A stretch of DNA of 64,000 bases, taken from positions 59,021-123,020 of the forward strand of contig WAKQ01000010.1 in the NCBI GenBank assembly GCA_015523295.1. Reading direction: 5' to 3'. Positions 55,468 to 63,828 of this stretch are shown here, one piece after another; the stretch's first letter is position 1; every line of letters begins with the position of its first letter. The position numbers were made by a program, and so were the translations under genes. This DNA comes from Desulfurococcales archaeon (GTDB lineage Archaea; Thermoproteota; Thermoprotei_A; Sulfolobales; NBVN01). Under the pieces are notes generated by a model. That model ran no database searches and was not told where the DNA came from. It saw only the letters and a program-made list of their open reading frames with translations.

Positions 55468-56181
55468 ATGGCTTCCATGCTAGAGTTGAAGAATGTCCAC
55501 GCAGGCTACGGGGAGTTTAGAGTCCTACATGGAGTGAATATGAGGGTAGATAAAGGTGAGATAGTCGCTCTTGTAGGCCCTAACGGTGCCGGTAAAACGA
55601 CGACTCTGAGGACTATACTTAATATGACTACCCGTTATGAAGGGGAAATAAAATTCCAGGGCAGGGACATTACCAGGATACCTACTCATAAGATAGTTGA
55701 GGAAGGCATAACGATGGTTCCTGAAGGGCGAGGGATTTTCAACCCACTCACAGTCTATGAGAACCTCTTAGCGGGTGCTTACACGAAGAGGGCTCAAGAG
55801 AAGATTGAGGACTCATTAGAGTTCGTGTTCTCCCTCTTCCCAAGACTTAAGGAAAGGAAGAACCAGATAGCCGGCACCCTCTCAGGCGGTGAGGCGCAGA
55901 TGCTGGCAATAGCTAGGGCGCTGATGGCAAGGCCTACGCTCCTAATGTTCGATGAGCCAAGCCTAGGCCTGGCACCTAAGATAGTGCTGGAGGTCTTCGA
56001 CGTTGTTGTTAAGTTAAGGGATTCGGGAGTGACTGTCCTCATAGTGGAGCAGCACGTGAAGAACTCATTAGAGGTTGCGGATAGGGCCTATGTTATGGAG
56101 ATGGGTCAGATAGTTCTCGAAGGTGAGGGTAAGGCGTTACTGAAGGATGAGAGGCTGAAGAAAGCCTACCTGATAATCTAA
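55468..56181 (+). CDS. livF: ABC ATP-binding protein (LivF family)
   Basis: Walker [12 protein letters not shown], signature LSGGEAQML, Walker B LLMFDEPS, C-terminal KKAYL. Confidence 0.9.
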   Translation: MASMLELKNVHAGYGEFRVLHGVNMRVDKGEIVALVGPNGAGKTTTLRTILNMTTRYEGEIKFQGRDITRIPTHKIVEEGITMVPEGRGIFNPLTVYENLLAGAYTKRAQEKIEDSLEFVFSLFPRLKERKNQIAGTLSGGEAQMLAIARALMARPTLLMFDEPSLGLAPKIVLEVFDVVVKLRDSGVTVLIVEQHVKNSLEVADRAYVMEMGQIVLEGEGKALLKDERLKKAYLII

Positions 56182-56210
56182 TGTTTTCTCACAAGAGCTT
56201 AAGGATGCTT

Positions 56211-56732
56211 TCAACCCCGCAAACCTCTTCTCATCTCATACTTAATTAACTCACTGAGAATGGACTCATATCTCTCTGAGGTGAGGGATACCCTAATAAA
56301 CCTCATTTGCCTGCCGGGCGGTTCTCCGGTGATGAGAGTGTGCAAGAGCTTTCTAGTTGTGACTGTTAAGTTAAGCCTTAAGGCATCTTTAAGAGGAAAG
56401 AACCCTATATCGAGGGATTCCTCGTTCGGGACAGGGTTTGAGGGTTCCACGTCTATAAGGTAGTCGAACATTATGTAATGATACATTAAATCATTTCTTT
56501 CCCCTACTTCAATATATTCAGTGATAGCATAGGGAATGACATTTACGGCCCTCAGCCCTGTTTCCTCCTTGAGCTCTCTAACGGCAGCTTCCTCAAGCGA
56601 CTCACCCGGCTCTACATGACCACCCGGCAAGGCCCACCTACCTGATGATGGATTAAACCTCCTCTTAACTAGGAGAATTTCCCCATCTTTAAGGACTATT
56701 GCGCCCACAGCAACTTTAGGCCAACCTGTCAT
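56211..56732 (-). CDS. NUDIX hydrolase
   Basis: Nudix box [24 protein letters not shown]. Confidence 0.8.
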   Translation of the reverse strand: MTGWPKVAVGAIVLKDGEILLVKRRFNPSSGRWALPGGHVEPGESLEEAAVRELKEETGLRAVNVIPYAITEYIEVGERNDLMYHYIMFDYLIDVEPSNPVPNEESLDIGFFPLKDALRLNLTVTTRKLLHTLITGEPPGRQMRFIRVSLTSERYESILSELIKYEMRRGLRG

Positions 56733-56810
56733 GTCTTATCACTGAATACTAAAATCAGGAAGAGAAATATTAACTGGCGATAGAAGCTGGCTTCAGCAGC
56801 AATTACGTAC

Positions 56811-58127
56811 TTGAGATGCCTTAAGTGTGGCGAAAGATTCAACTCGGTAAACAAGGAAGTGAGGTGCCCGGTCTGTGGAGGGCTATTGATCCCTGCTTTA
56901 GAGGCGTCGACCTCCCTAAAGCCTTCCCCGGGTATTGGAGTGTGGATCTGGAGGAACTATCTTTTCAGTAGCAGATTGAGGGTTAACCTCTCCTTAGGGG
57001 AGGGCTTTACCCCCTTCTTAAAGCTTGAAAATCTCGGCAAGATCTATCGCTTAAGAAGGCTGTTCGTTAAGCTTGAGTCAAGGAACCCTACGGGAACGTT
57101 TATCGACCGCGGTTCGGCGACTCTTTTAAGTGTCGCTAAGGCCTTGAGGTTAAGGAATGTAGTAATAGCTGCTGCAGGCGATCTTGGCATCTCCATCTCA
57201 GCCTATGCAAGGAAGGCCGGCATAAAGACTAAGGTCTTCATGCCGTCAGCTACGACGACGGGCAAGGCAGCGAGAGCGGCTATTCTAGCTGATGACGTGG
57301 TATTCACGCAGGACTATGAGGAGGCTCTGAAGAAAGCGATAAAGTATGAGGGGGTTGACGGCACGTTGTTAGGAGTTCCCTATAATCCATACCTCATCGA
57401 CGGCTATAGGACTTTAGGATATGAAATCTTTCACTCTACATCCTCGCTGAACGGAAGGCTCAACATCCTGGTTCCTATAGGTAATGGAGCTTTAATGGTT
57501 GCTTTATGGAGTGCATTCAAAGACCTTAAGGGCAGGGCAAGATTCATAGGTGTGAAGGGGTGCTCTGACACACCCTTAATCAAGGATATATACGTTAGAA
57601 ACCCCCTTTTCGGAGATCTGGTGGGGGAAATTGTTGGTGAGACAGGAGGGGAGATTGTTGAAGTCTGTGAGGATGAAGCCCTGAAGGCTTCATCAAATTT
57701 AGCTAGATATGAGGGGATATTGGCGGGTCCGGTAGGCAGCTCCACTATAGCCGCCTTAAAAAAGCTTGACTTTATGCAGGAGGACATCATAGTTAGTGTA
57801 GTCAGCGGTGACTCACCGCCTGACCCAGCCGCTATTTATAGGATGCTAGAGCTTGGGAAGAGGAGGTTAAAGCGTGAAACCCCTCTGGGTCCCACCAAGA
57901 TTAAGATACTGGAGGTTATTGCGTTGAAGGGTCCAATACATCCCTACGAGATATGGAGAACTCTAAAAGTGGAGAATTCTTTCAGGCTTGGGCTAAGGAC
58001 TGTTTACCAGCATATCAACGAGTTGGAGAGTGCAGGGTACATCACTCTTTCAGGAGTGATTAACGTGAACGGCAGAAGAAGGAAGCTATACGACTTAACA
58101 CCACTTGCACTAAAGGCTTTAAGGTAG
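56811..58127 (+). CDS. Threonine-synthase-like (fold-type II PLP domain) protein lacking the catalytic lysine, fused to a C-terminal winged-helix DNA-binding domain
   Basis: N-terminal Zn ribbon CLKCG..CPVCGG. The motif reads NPTGTFIDRG where ThrC has NPTGTFKARG, with Ile98 encoded by ATC at 57102..57104. C-terminal residues about 352-438 (KIKILEVIALKGPIHPYEIWRTL...VYQHINELESAGYITL...GRRRKLYDLT) have an ArsR/MarR-like wHTH pattern. Confidence 0.7.
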   Translation: MRCLKCGERFNSVNKEVRCPVCGGLLIPALEASTSLKPSPGIGVWIWRNYLFSSRLRVNLSLGEGFTPFLKLENLGKIYRLRRLFVKLESRNPTGTFIDRGSATLLSVAKALRLRNVVIAAAGDLGISISAYARKAGIKTKVFMPSATTTGKAARAAILADDVVFTQDYEEALKKAIKYEGVDGTLLGVPYNPYLIDGYRTLGYEIFHSTSSLNGRLNILVPIGNGALMVALWSAFKDLKGRARFIGVKGCSDTPLIKDIYVRNPLFGDLVGEIVGETGGEIVEVCEDEALKASSNLARYEGILAGPVGSSTIAALKKLDFMQEDIIVSVVSGDSPPDPAAIYRMLELGKRRLKRETPLGPTKIKILEVIALKGPIHPYEIWRTLKVENSFRLGLRTVYQHINELESAGYITLSGVINVNGRRRKLYDLTPLALKALR

Positions 58128-58187
58128 GATGGAAAGAAGTTACAAGCTTTAAAGTAAAGACACACCCTAGATATTGAAGCTTATATT

Positions 58188-58994
58188 GTGGTTAACCTAC
58201 TAAAGCCCGCTAATGTGATTAGGCGGGGGAAGCACATGAAGTTTGATGTGATTAAGGCAACTCTCTATACGGCAGCTGTGTATGTAGCCACTGTTATACT
58301 GCAGGTCTCCACTCCGGCGACAGGAGGTTACTTCAATCTGGGTGAGACGGCCATCTATGTTGCCGCTCTCTTAAGCGATCCCCTGACAGCTGGGATAGCT
58401 GGTGGTGTAGGTTCGGCATTGGCGGACCTCACCACAGGGTACAGCTACTACGCGCCTGCAACGTTGGTGATAAAGTTTGTTGAAGGGTTCACAGTCTCCT
58501 GGCTAGCCCTTAAGCTTAGGGGTTGGAGCCTCTCACGAAGCAGGTATGCCTCCGCAATAACATCAGTTATTGTAGGTCTTGTGATAGCTGTAGTAGGTTT
58601 TTACCAGCTCTCAGGAGCATCGACAATATCATCAGCTCCTATTGAAGTATTAGGAGTAAAGTTGACCTCACTGCAGGTACAGGTATACCTTCCAGCAGCT
58701 TTCTGGACCGCTGTAGGCGTGATCGTGGCAGGGCTACTGTTCTACTTCACGGTCGTGAAGGGAGGTAGGAACGTTCACCTCACTCTCGCAATAGCTGTAG
58801 GAGGTTCACTCATGGTGCTTGGTTACCTCTTATACGAATATTTCATCGTTAACCCCATCATTCTTAAGTCACCACCAGTGCAGGCACTTACGGAGGTTCC
58901 AGTGAATTACGGACAGGTGTTCGTAGGGATGGCTGTGGCACTACCCATCACTTCCTTCGTCAGGGAGGCTTCAGGTAGTGAGGCTGAGAGTTGA
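58188..58994 (+). CDS. ECF-transporter substrate-specific (S) component-like membrane protein
   Basis: GGYFNLGETAIYVAALL...GVGSALADLTTGYSYYAPATLVIKFVEG matches the conserved S-component pattern of the riboflavin/queuosine-type family. It is longer than usual at 268 aa. The likely start is ATG 58233. Confidence 0.5.
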   Translation: MVNLLKPANVIRRGKHMKFDVIKATLYTAAVYVATVILQVSTPATGGYFNLGETAIYVAALLSDPLTAGIAGGVGSALADLTTGYSYYAPATLVIKFVEGFTVSWLALKLRGWSLSRSRYASAITSVIVGLVIAVVGFYQLSGASTISSAPIEVLGVKLTSLQVQVYLPAAFWTAVGVIVAGLLFYFTVVKGGRNVHLTLAIAVGGSLMVLGYLLYEYFIVNPIILKSPPVQALTEVPVNYGQVFVGMAVALPITSFVREASGSEAES

Positions 58995-60228
58995 AGGCCT
59001 TAGCGTCGCCTTCGGAAAACGCAAGGTACTTAACTCAGTCACTTTTTCCCTTGCAGATGGAGAGGCAATATTAATCGCAGGACCATCCGGATCCGGTAAG
59101 ACAACTCTACTTAGAACGCTAGCCGGTTTGACGGCTGGGTTCAAAGATTTCAGGGTGAGCGGCCGAGTAGAGCCGGGCCTCGTTGAAAGGCAGTCATATA
59201 TGGCCTACTTGCCTCAGGAACCTTGGTACGGCATTGCAACACCTTATGTATGGTCTGAAGTCACATCATTCAGTGGAGAGCCTGTTCAAAGAGTTGATGA
59301 GATATTATCAAGGTATGGGATGTCCGGAATGTCTATGAGGACTACCTACACCCTGAGCGCTGGTGAAACTCAGAGGCTTGCCACTCTCGTGGCTGAGAAG
59401 TCAGGTAAGCAGGTTCTCCTGCTGGACGAGCCAACCTCCCACTTGGATATAGGTAATGCCGAGAGAGTTAGGGAGGCTCTTAAAGCTTTAAGGGATGAAG
59501 GCAGGTCAATGATTATCGTTGACCATAATCCTGCATTCTGGGAAGGTATTGTGGACAAGAAGTACGTTATCTGGGATGGGAACCTCATCGATTACACTGA
59601 TGCAGTATATGCTGAAGCCATTAAGAGGTTAAGTGCTTTAAACCCTCCCAATAGCCGAGGAAGAGAGGTGCTCGACGTCCATGTGAGAAGATTCAGGCAC
59701 CCAGGCTCTAAGAGAGTTGTGATAAAGGAGTTTAGGCTTACCCTCCATAAGGGAGAGATAGTGTCTATATACGGTCCGTCTGGAGCTGGAAAGACCACTC
59801 TCCTTAAGGTGATTGCTTCATCATCACTTCTCCCGAGACCTGGCGCTGAGGTCACGCTTTCAGGTAAGCTGCTCTTCATCCCAGATAACCCTCTTCTCTT
59901 CTTCACAGCCCCCACATTAATGGAGGAGGTGGGTGAATCCAATGCATCCCTCCTTGAGGTGTTTCAGCTAACCAAGGTCGCCAATGTTCCCGTAGGCTTC
60001 CTTAGTACTGGTGAGAGAAGAAGGGGGGCGGTGGCTTCAGCCATCTCAAGAGGAGCCTCAGTAATTCTAGCGGATGAGCCCACAATAGGGCTCGACCCCC
60101 TAAACAAGGTTAACGTGCTTGAGTCTATAATTAGAGCTAGTGAAAAGGGTTGTGCCTTCTTAATAGCAACCCATGACCCAATCCTCCGCAACATCTCAAA
60201 CAGGGTGGTAGATGTTGGAAGTAGTTAG
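58978..60228 (+). CDS. Fused tandem ECF/CbiO-type ABC ATPase (A-A')
   Basis: Two Walker A motifs (GPSGSGKTTLL and GPSGAGKTTLL), two signature-like motifs (LSAGETQRL and LSTGERRR), and two Walker B motifs. Confidence 0.85.
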   Translation: MRLRVEGLSVAFGKRKVLNSVTFSLADGEAILIAGPSGSGKTTLLRTLAGLTAGFKDFRVSGRVEPGLVERQSYMAYLPQEPWYGIATPYVWSEVTSFSGEPVQRVDEILSRYGMSGMSMRTTYTLSAGETQRLATLVAEKSGKQVLLLDEPTSHLDIGNAERVREALKALRDEGRSMIIVDHNPAFWEGIVDKKYVIWDGNLIDYTDAVYAEAIKRLSALNPPNSRGREVLDVHVRRFRHPGSKRVVIKEFRLTLHKGEIVSIYGPSGAGKTTLLKVIASSSLLPRPGAEVTLSGKLLFIPDNPLLFFTAPTLMEEVGESNASLLEVFQLTKVANVPVGFLSTGERRRGAVASAISRGASVILADEPTIGLDPLNKVNVLESIIRASEKGCAFLIATHDPILRNISNRVVDVGSS

Positions 60229-60928
60229 GCATGTCCGCAACCTCCTCAACATAGCGACTGAGGTCGTATACCGGTCGATCTTCATAGGGGATGATCTACC
60301 AGCCAAGCATGTTAGCTTTGTAATCTACACCGCATATGCGTCCACCGAGATCCTACTTGCGAGGGAAGGGCTGTGTGGCATTGTAATAGCTACCATTTTC
60401 CTCCTTCTTCAATCGGGGCTTCAGAAAACTCATGAATGGCTAATATACTCCCTTCTTCTTGGAAGCCTCCCAGCAACATGGTACTTCATAACCACATTAC
60501 CCTTTACCTTATCGCCTCATTACTCCGGCTTAATTGCTTTAAGAGTCCTCATAATTTCTGCAGCCCTAACCTCCGTCCTGCAAAGACTTAATCCTATGGA
60601 GCTAGCATATATAGGCAGGAGGTTAGGGATAGGAGGGTCTTCTTTATATTTACCGCTTCTCTGGAAGGTCACACCTCACCTAATGAAGGACGTTGAGAAC
60701 GCGTTGACAGTGACAGCATTGAAAAGGGAGAAACTGTGGAAGGGCCTAGCGATCAGCTTCCTTGCCCTGGAAGAATACAGTGGCTACTACGAGGAAGGTC
60801 TTCATCTGAAGAAGGGGCTCTTCAGGCCAACATTCTGGTACGATTGGAGCGAGACTGCCCTGATGATTGCCCTACTAACTGCCTCTTCATTGACTTTAGC
60901 CTTCATGTGGTTCACTAGCATGCCATAG
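60212..60928 (+). CDS. ECF transporter transmembrane (T, CbiQ-like) component
   Basis: 238-aa polytopic protein that overlaps the ATPase gene by 17 nt. Its position and topology fit EcfT, but the motifs are weak. Confidence 0.5.
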   Translation: MLEVVRHVRNLLNIATEVVYRSIFIGDDLPAKHVSFVIYTAYASTEILLAREGLCGIVIATIFLLLQSGLQKTHEWLIYSLLLGSLPATWYFITTLPFTLSPHYSGLIALRVLIISAALTSVLQRLNPMELAYIGRRLGIGGSSLYLPLLWKVTPHLMKDVENALTVTALKREKLWKGLAISFLALEEYSGYYEEGLHLKKGLFRPTFWYDWSETALMIALLTASSLTLAFMWFTSMP

Positions 60929-60988
60929 CAGTTAAAGGATGAATTATTAGCTTCACATTGTTAATGATAAGGGGGTGATACTTAAGTC

Positions 60989-61369
60989 ATGAAGGTAGGT
61001 GATTCCTTCGAATACGTCTTTAAGACAGGGCATGAGCACTCCGCAAGGCATTTAGGTTCAGGAGATGTGGACGTCCTCTCAACGCCTTCAATGATCCTCT
61101 TTATGGAGGAAGCATGTAGGAGGTATTCTGATGAGGGGTTAAGGCCTAAGGAAACGACAGTTGGGATTCATGTAGACGTATATCATTTTAAGGCAGCGCC
61201 GACAGGCTCTGAAATAAAGGTCAGGGGGAAACTTCTCAGCATGGATGGTAGAAGGCTGACCTTCTGGGTTGAGGCTTGGTGGGGAGATGTCAAAATAGGG
61301 CAGGGGCTACATGAAAGGTACATAGTTAACAGAGAGGAATTCATTAGAAGGTTGCGTGGTGGGCAGTGA
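60989..61369 (+). CDS. Hotdog-fold thioesterase (FlK-like family)
   Basis: HLGSGDVDVLSTPSMILFMEEA...TTVG...H..AAPTG...GRRLTF pattern. 126 aa. Confidence 0.65.
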   Translation: MKVGDSFEYVFKTGHEHSARHLGSGDVDVLSTPSMILFMEEACRRYSDEGLRPKETTVGIHVDVYHFKAAPTGSEIKVRGKLLSMDGRRLTFWVEAWWGDVKIGQGLHERYIVNREEFIRRLRGGQ

Positions 61370-62088
61370 TGGTCTTGAGATGGTGTGAGTTAACAGGTAA
61401 GGATTTCGAGAAGCTGAAGCCTCAGATAGCGATCCTCCCGGTAGGGACTGTTGAGAGGCACGGAGATCACCTTCCATTAGGAACTGATAATATTGTTCCT
61501 GAATGGCTTGCTGAAAGAGTTGCTGAGAGGCTTGAGAATGCTGTAGTCCTACCTCCCGTCAAGTATGGGGTCTCAATAACGTTGGCTAAGTTCCCAGGTA
61601 CTATAAGCATACCACCTGAAGCCTTCATGAATTACGTAAAGCATATAATGCTTGAGGTGGTGAGGAACGGCATCAAGTACTTAGTAGTTATAAACGGTCA
61701 TGGAGGGAACACCAGGGAGCTTCAGGTCATATCTAAGGAAGTAGCTGCTGAGACGGAAGCTTCTGTATTGCTCATTGACTGGTGGCGTGACGTGGCTCAA
61801 GACAAACGGTTCAAGATATTCCAATATCCGGGGCATGCTGGAGAGGATGAAACGTCAGCGATTATGGCGATCAGGCCTGAACTCGTTAAGATGGAACATG
61901 CTGAAGATCATGTAATGCCTTATCCGAGGCTTAAGATCTACTCAAGAGTGCTGGAAGATAAGCTCTTCCCAAGGGCAGTGAATGGGAAGGCCACACTAGC
62001 AAGTGCGGAGAAGGGCAAAGAGTTCCTGAACGCGGTCATTGCTGATATAATTAAGGCTGTCGAGGAGTTCACGAAGTTAGTTGCTTAA
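61366..62088 (+). CDS. Creatininase-family amidohydrolase (ArfB-like formamide hydrolase family)
   Basis: LPVGTVERHGDHLPLGTDN, NGHGGN and GHAGEDETS motifs. TGATG coupling to the upstream gene. Confidence 0.75.
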   Translation: MMVLRWCELTGKDFEKLKPQIAILPVGTVERHGDHLPLGTDNIVPEWLAERVAERLENAVVLPPVKYGVSITLAKFPGTISIPPEAFMNYVKHIMLEVVRNGIKYLVVINGHGGNTRELQVISKEVAAETEASVLLIDWWRDVAQDKRFKIFQYPGHAGEDETSAIMAIRPELVKMEHAEDHVMPYPRLKIYSRVLEDKLFPRAVNGKATLASAEKGKEFLNAVIADIIKAVEEFTKLVA

Positions 62089-62130
62089 TAACGTCGGCAA
62101 GTAACTCAGGACATGATTAGGTGATCGGGG

Positions 62131-63210
62131 TTGGATGTAGAGGAGCGAGTAAATCTCATACTCCGAGATGTTGAGGAGGTGATAACTGAGAATGAGTTGA
62201 AGCATTTACTGGAAACCGGTGGTGGGAGCGGTTATCTTGGCTTCGAACCCAGTGGAGTGTTCCACATAGGATGGCTTGTCTGGGCTTTCAAGTTTAAGGA
62301 CTTAGTAGATGCCGGGATTCGGATGACCCTCCTGTCAGCAACGTGGCATGCATGGATAAACGATAAGCTTGGAGGGAATAGGGAGCTAATTAGAGCCTCA
62401 TCCGATCATGTAGTAGCTGTCCTCAATGCCTTAGGTCTGGAGAACCGTTTTAGCCTAGTATATGCTGAAGACCTAGTCAGCGACATGGATTACTGGGAGA
62501 AGCTGCTTAGGTCGGCTAAAGCCTCCAGCCTGGCAAGGGTTAGGAGGGCTTTAACCATAATGGGCAGGAAGATGGGCGAGGGCGAGACAGATTTTTCTAA
62601 GCTTATCTATCCCCTAATGCAGGTAACTGACATAAACTACCTAGGTGTGGACATTGCTTTGGGAGGAATGGATCAGAGGAGGGCACATATGCTTCAAAGG
62701 GATACTGCGGAGAAGTTAGGTTGGAAGAAGGTGATAGCGATACACACGCCTTTAATTCCTTCCCTGCAGGGAGCAGGGAGAATGGATCTTGGGACCCTCA
62801 CAAGTGAGGACCTCCTTGTTGAGGTGAAGATGAGTAAATCGAAGCCGGAGTCAGCGATCTTTATAATTGACAGTGATAGGGAGATAGCTAATAAGGTGAG
62901 AAAAGCGTATTGCCCTCCTAGGGTCGTAGAGAACAACCCGGTACTATCTATAGCTAAGCATATAATATTCAGGGGCAGGGAAAAAGACTTCATAATTGAC
63001 AGGCCATCAAAGTTCGGCGGGCCTCTAGAAGTTCATACATATCGTGAACTTGAAAACCTCTACAAAGAGGGGAGGCTGCACCCCCTAGACCTGAAGAACG
63101 CTGTAGCTAAGGAGTTAATCCATATAGTCTCACCCGTAAGGGAGAAAATAATGAGTGACCCAAGACTAAGATCCATTGTTGAAAGGTTGATGGCTTCAGT
63201 CACCAGGTAA
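62131..63210 (+). CDS. tyrS: Tyrosyl-tRNA synthetase (archaeal type)
   Basis: YLGFEPSGVFHIGW (HIGH region), YPLMQVTDINYLGVDIALGGMDQRRAHML, KMSKSKP, and KAYCPP..VENNPV. It is colinear with M. jannaschii TyrRS as I remember that sequence. Confidence 0.9.
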   Translation: MDVEERVNLILRDVEEVITENELKHLLETGGGSGYLGFEPSGVFHIGWLVWAFKFKDLVDAGIRMTLLSATWHAWINDKLGGNRELIRASSDHVVAVLNALGLENRFSLVYAEDLVSDMDYWEKLLRSAKASSLARVRRALTIMGRKMGEGETDFSKLIYPLMQVTDINYLGVDIALGGMDQRRAHMLQRDTAEKLGWKKVIAIHTPLIPSLQGAGRMDLGTLTSEDLLVEVKMSKSKPESAIFIIDSDREIANKVRKAYCPPRVVENNPVLSIAKHIIFRGREKDFIIDRPSKFGGPLEVHTYRELENLYKEGRLHPLDLKNAVAKELIHIVSPVREKIMSDPRLRSIVERLMASVTR

Positions 63211-63234
63211 AGTATTTATGCCAGGGGTGACCCT

Positions 63235-63276
63235 CCCCACCTCACAATCCCTCGGTACTCGAGGGCTTCAGTGGGG
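63235..63276. other. Nested hairpin in the convergent intergenic region downstream of tyrS
   Basis: Outer stem CCCCAC (63235..63240) / GUGGGG (63271..63276). Inner stem CCCUCG (63249..63254) / CGAGGG (63260..63265) with loop GUACU. Confidence 0.3.
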
Positions 63277-63357
63277 CCATGAATTCCTTGACCTAGTTGC
63301 TAATTAACTTTAATGTCCTACGTCAAGGAGCACGCCGTCTTACAAGTTATTTACTGA

Positions 63358-63792
63358 TTAAACGTTCCTACCGCCAGACCTTCTGCTCCTGAGGATTATC
63401 TCAGGTGACTCTAGTTCCCTAATCCTCCTCTCCAGCTCCTCATTCTTGGACAGGAGTTCATTAAGCATGGACTCCATAACAAAGAGCTTGCCCTTTAGGT
63501 AAGTGATCTCGTTCTCGTAATCCTTCATCTTACTTTGAATTGCTAGACCGTCCGACTTGAGATCGCCATGAAGCCCTTGCTTTATAAACATTTTCACCAG
63601 ATCAGTAATTTGAATACCCATACTGCTGGCAAGCTCCCTTAGCTCCTCATAGAGCCTTTCAGGCATCGATAAGTGGACTGTTGGAATGTCGTATCCCCTC
63701 AAGAGGAATACTGAAAGAGTAGTATTTAAAATTACCTCTAATATGTATTCCTCTTTAAAGAGGAATACATGACTCTGATTAAGTGGAGTCAC
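63358..63792 (-). CDS. Ribbon-helix-helix DNA-binding protein with C-terminal coiled coil
   Basis: PTVHLSMPERLYEELRELASSMGIQITDLVKMFIKQGL forms the RHH, followed by heptad-rich EITYLKGKLFVMESMLNELLSKNEELERRIRELE. The first 30 codons of the maximal ORF run through a TATA box and a palindrome, so the likely real start is TTG at 63702. Confidence 0.55.
   Translation of the reverse strand: MTPLNQSHVFLFKEEYILEVILNTTLSVFLLRGYDIPTVHLSMPERLYEELRELASSMGIQITDLVKMFIKQGLHGDLKSDGLAIQSKMKDYENEITYLKGKLFVMESMLNELLSKNEELERRIRELESPEIILRSRRSGGRNV
63745..63768. promoter_or_regulatory. Perfect 24-bp palindrome (candidate RHH operator) between divergent RHH genes
   Basis: GTATTCCTCTTTAAAGAGGAATAC equals its own reverse complement. 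A third half-site, AAGAGGAATAC, sits at 63701..63711 over the TTG start. TATA-like boxes flank it at 63723..63732 (minus gene) and 63810..63817 (plus gene). Confidence 0.55.
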
Positions 63793-63828
63793 TTAATCGA
63801 TTCTACGTGTTATATATCGGGAGAGAGT

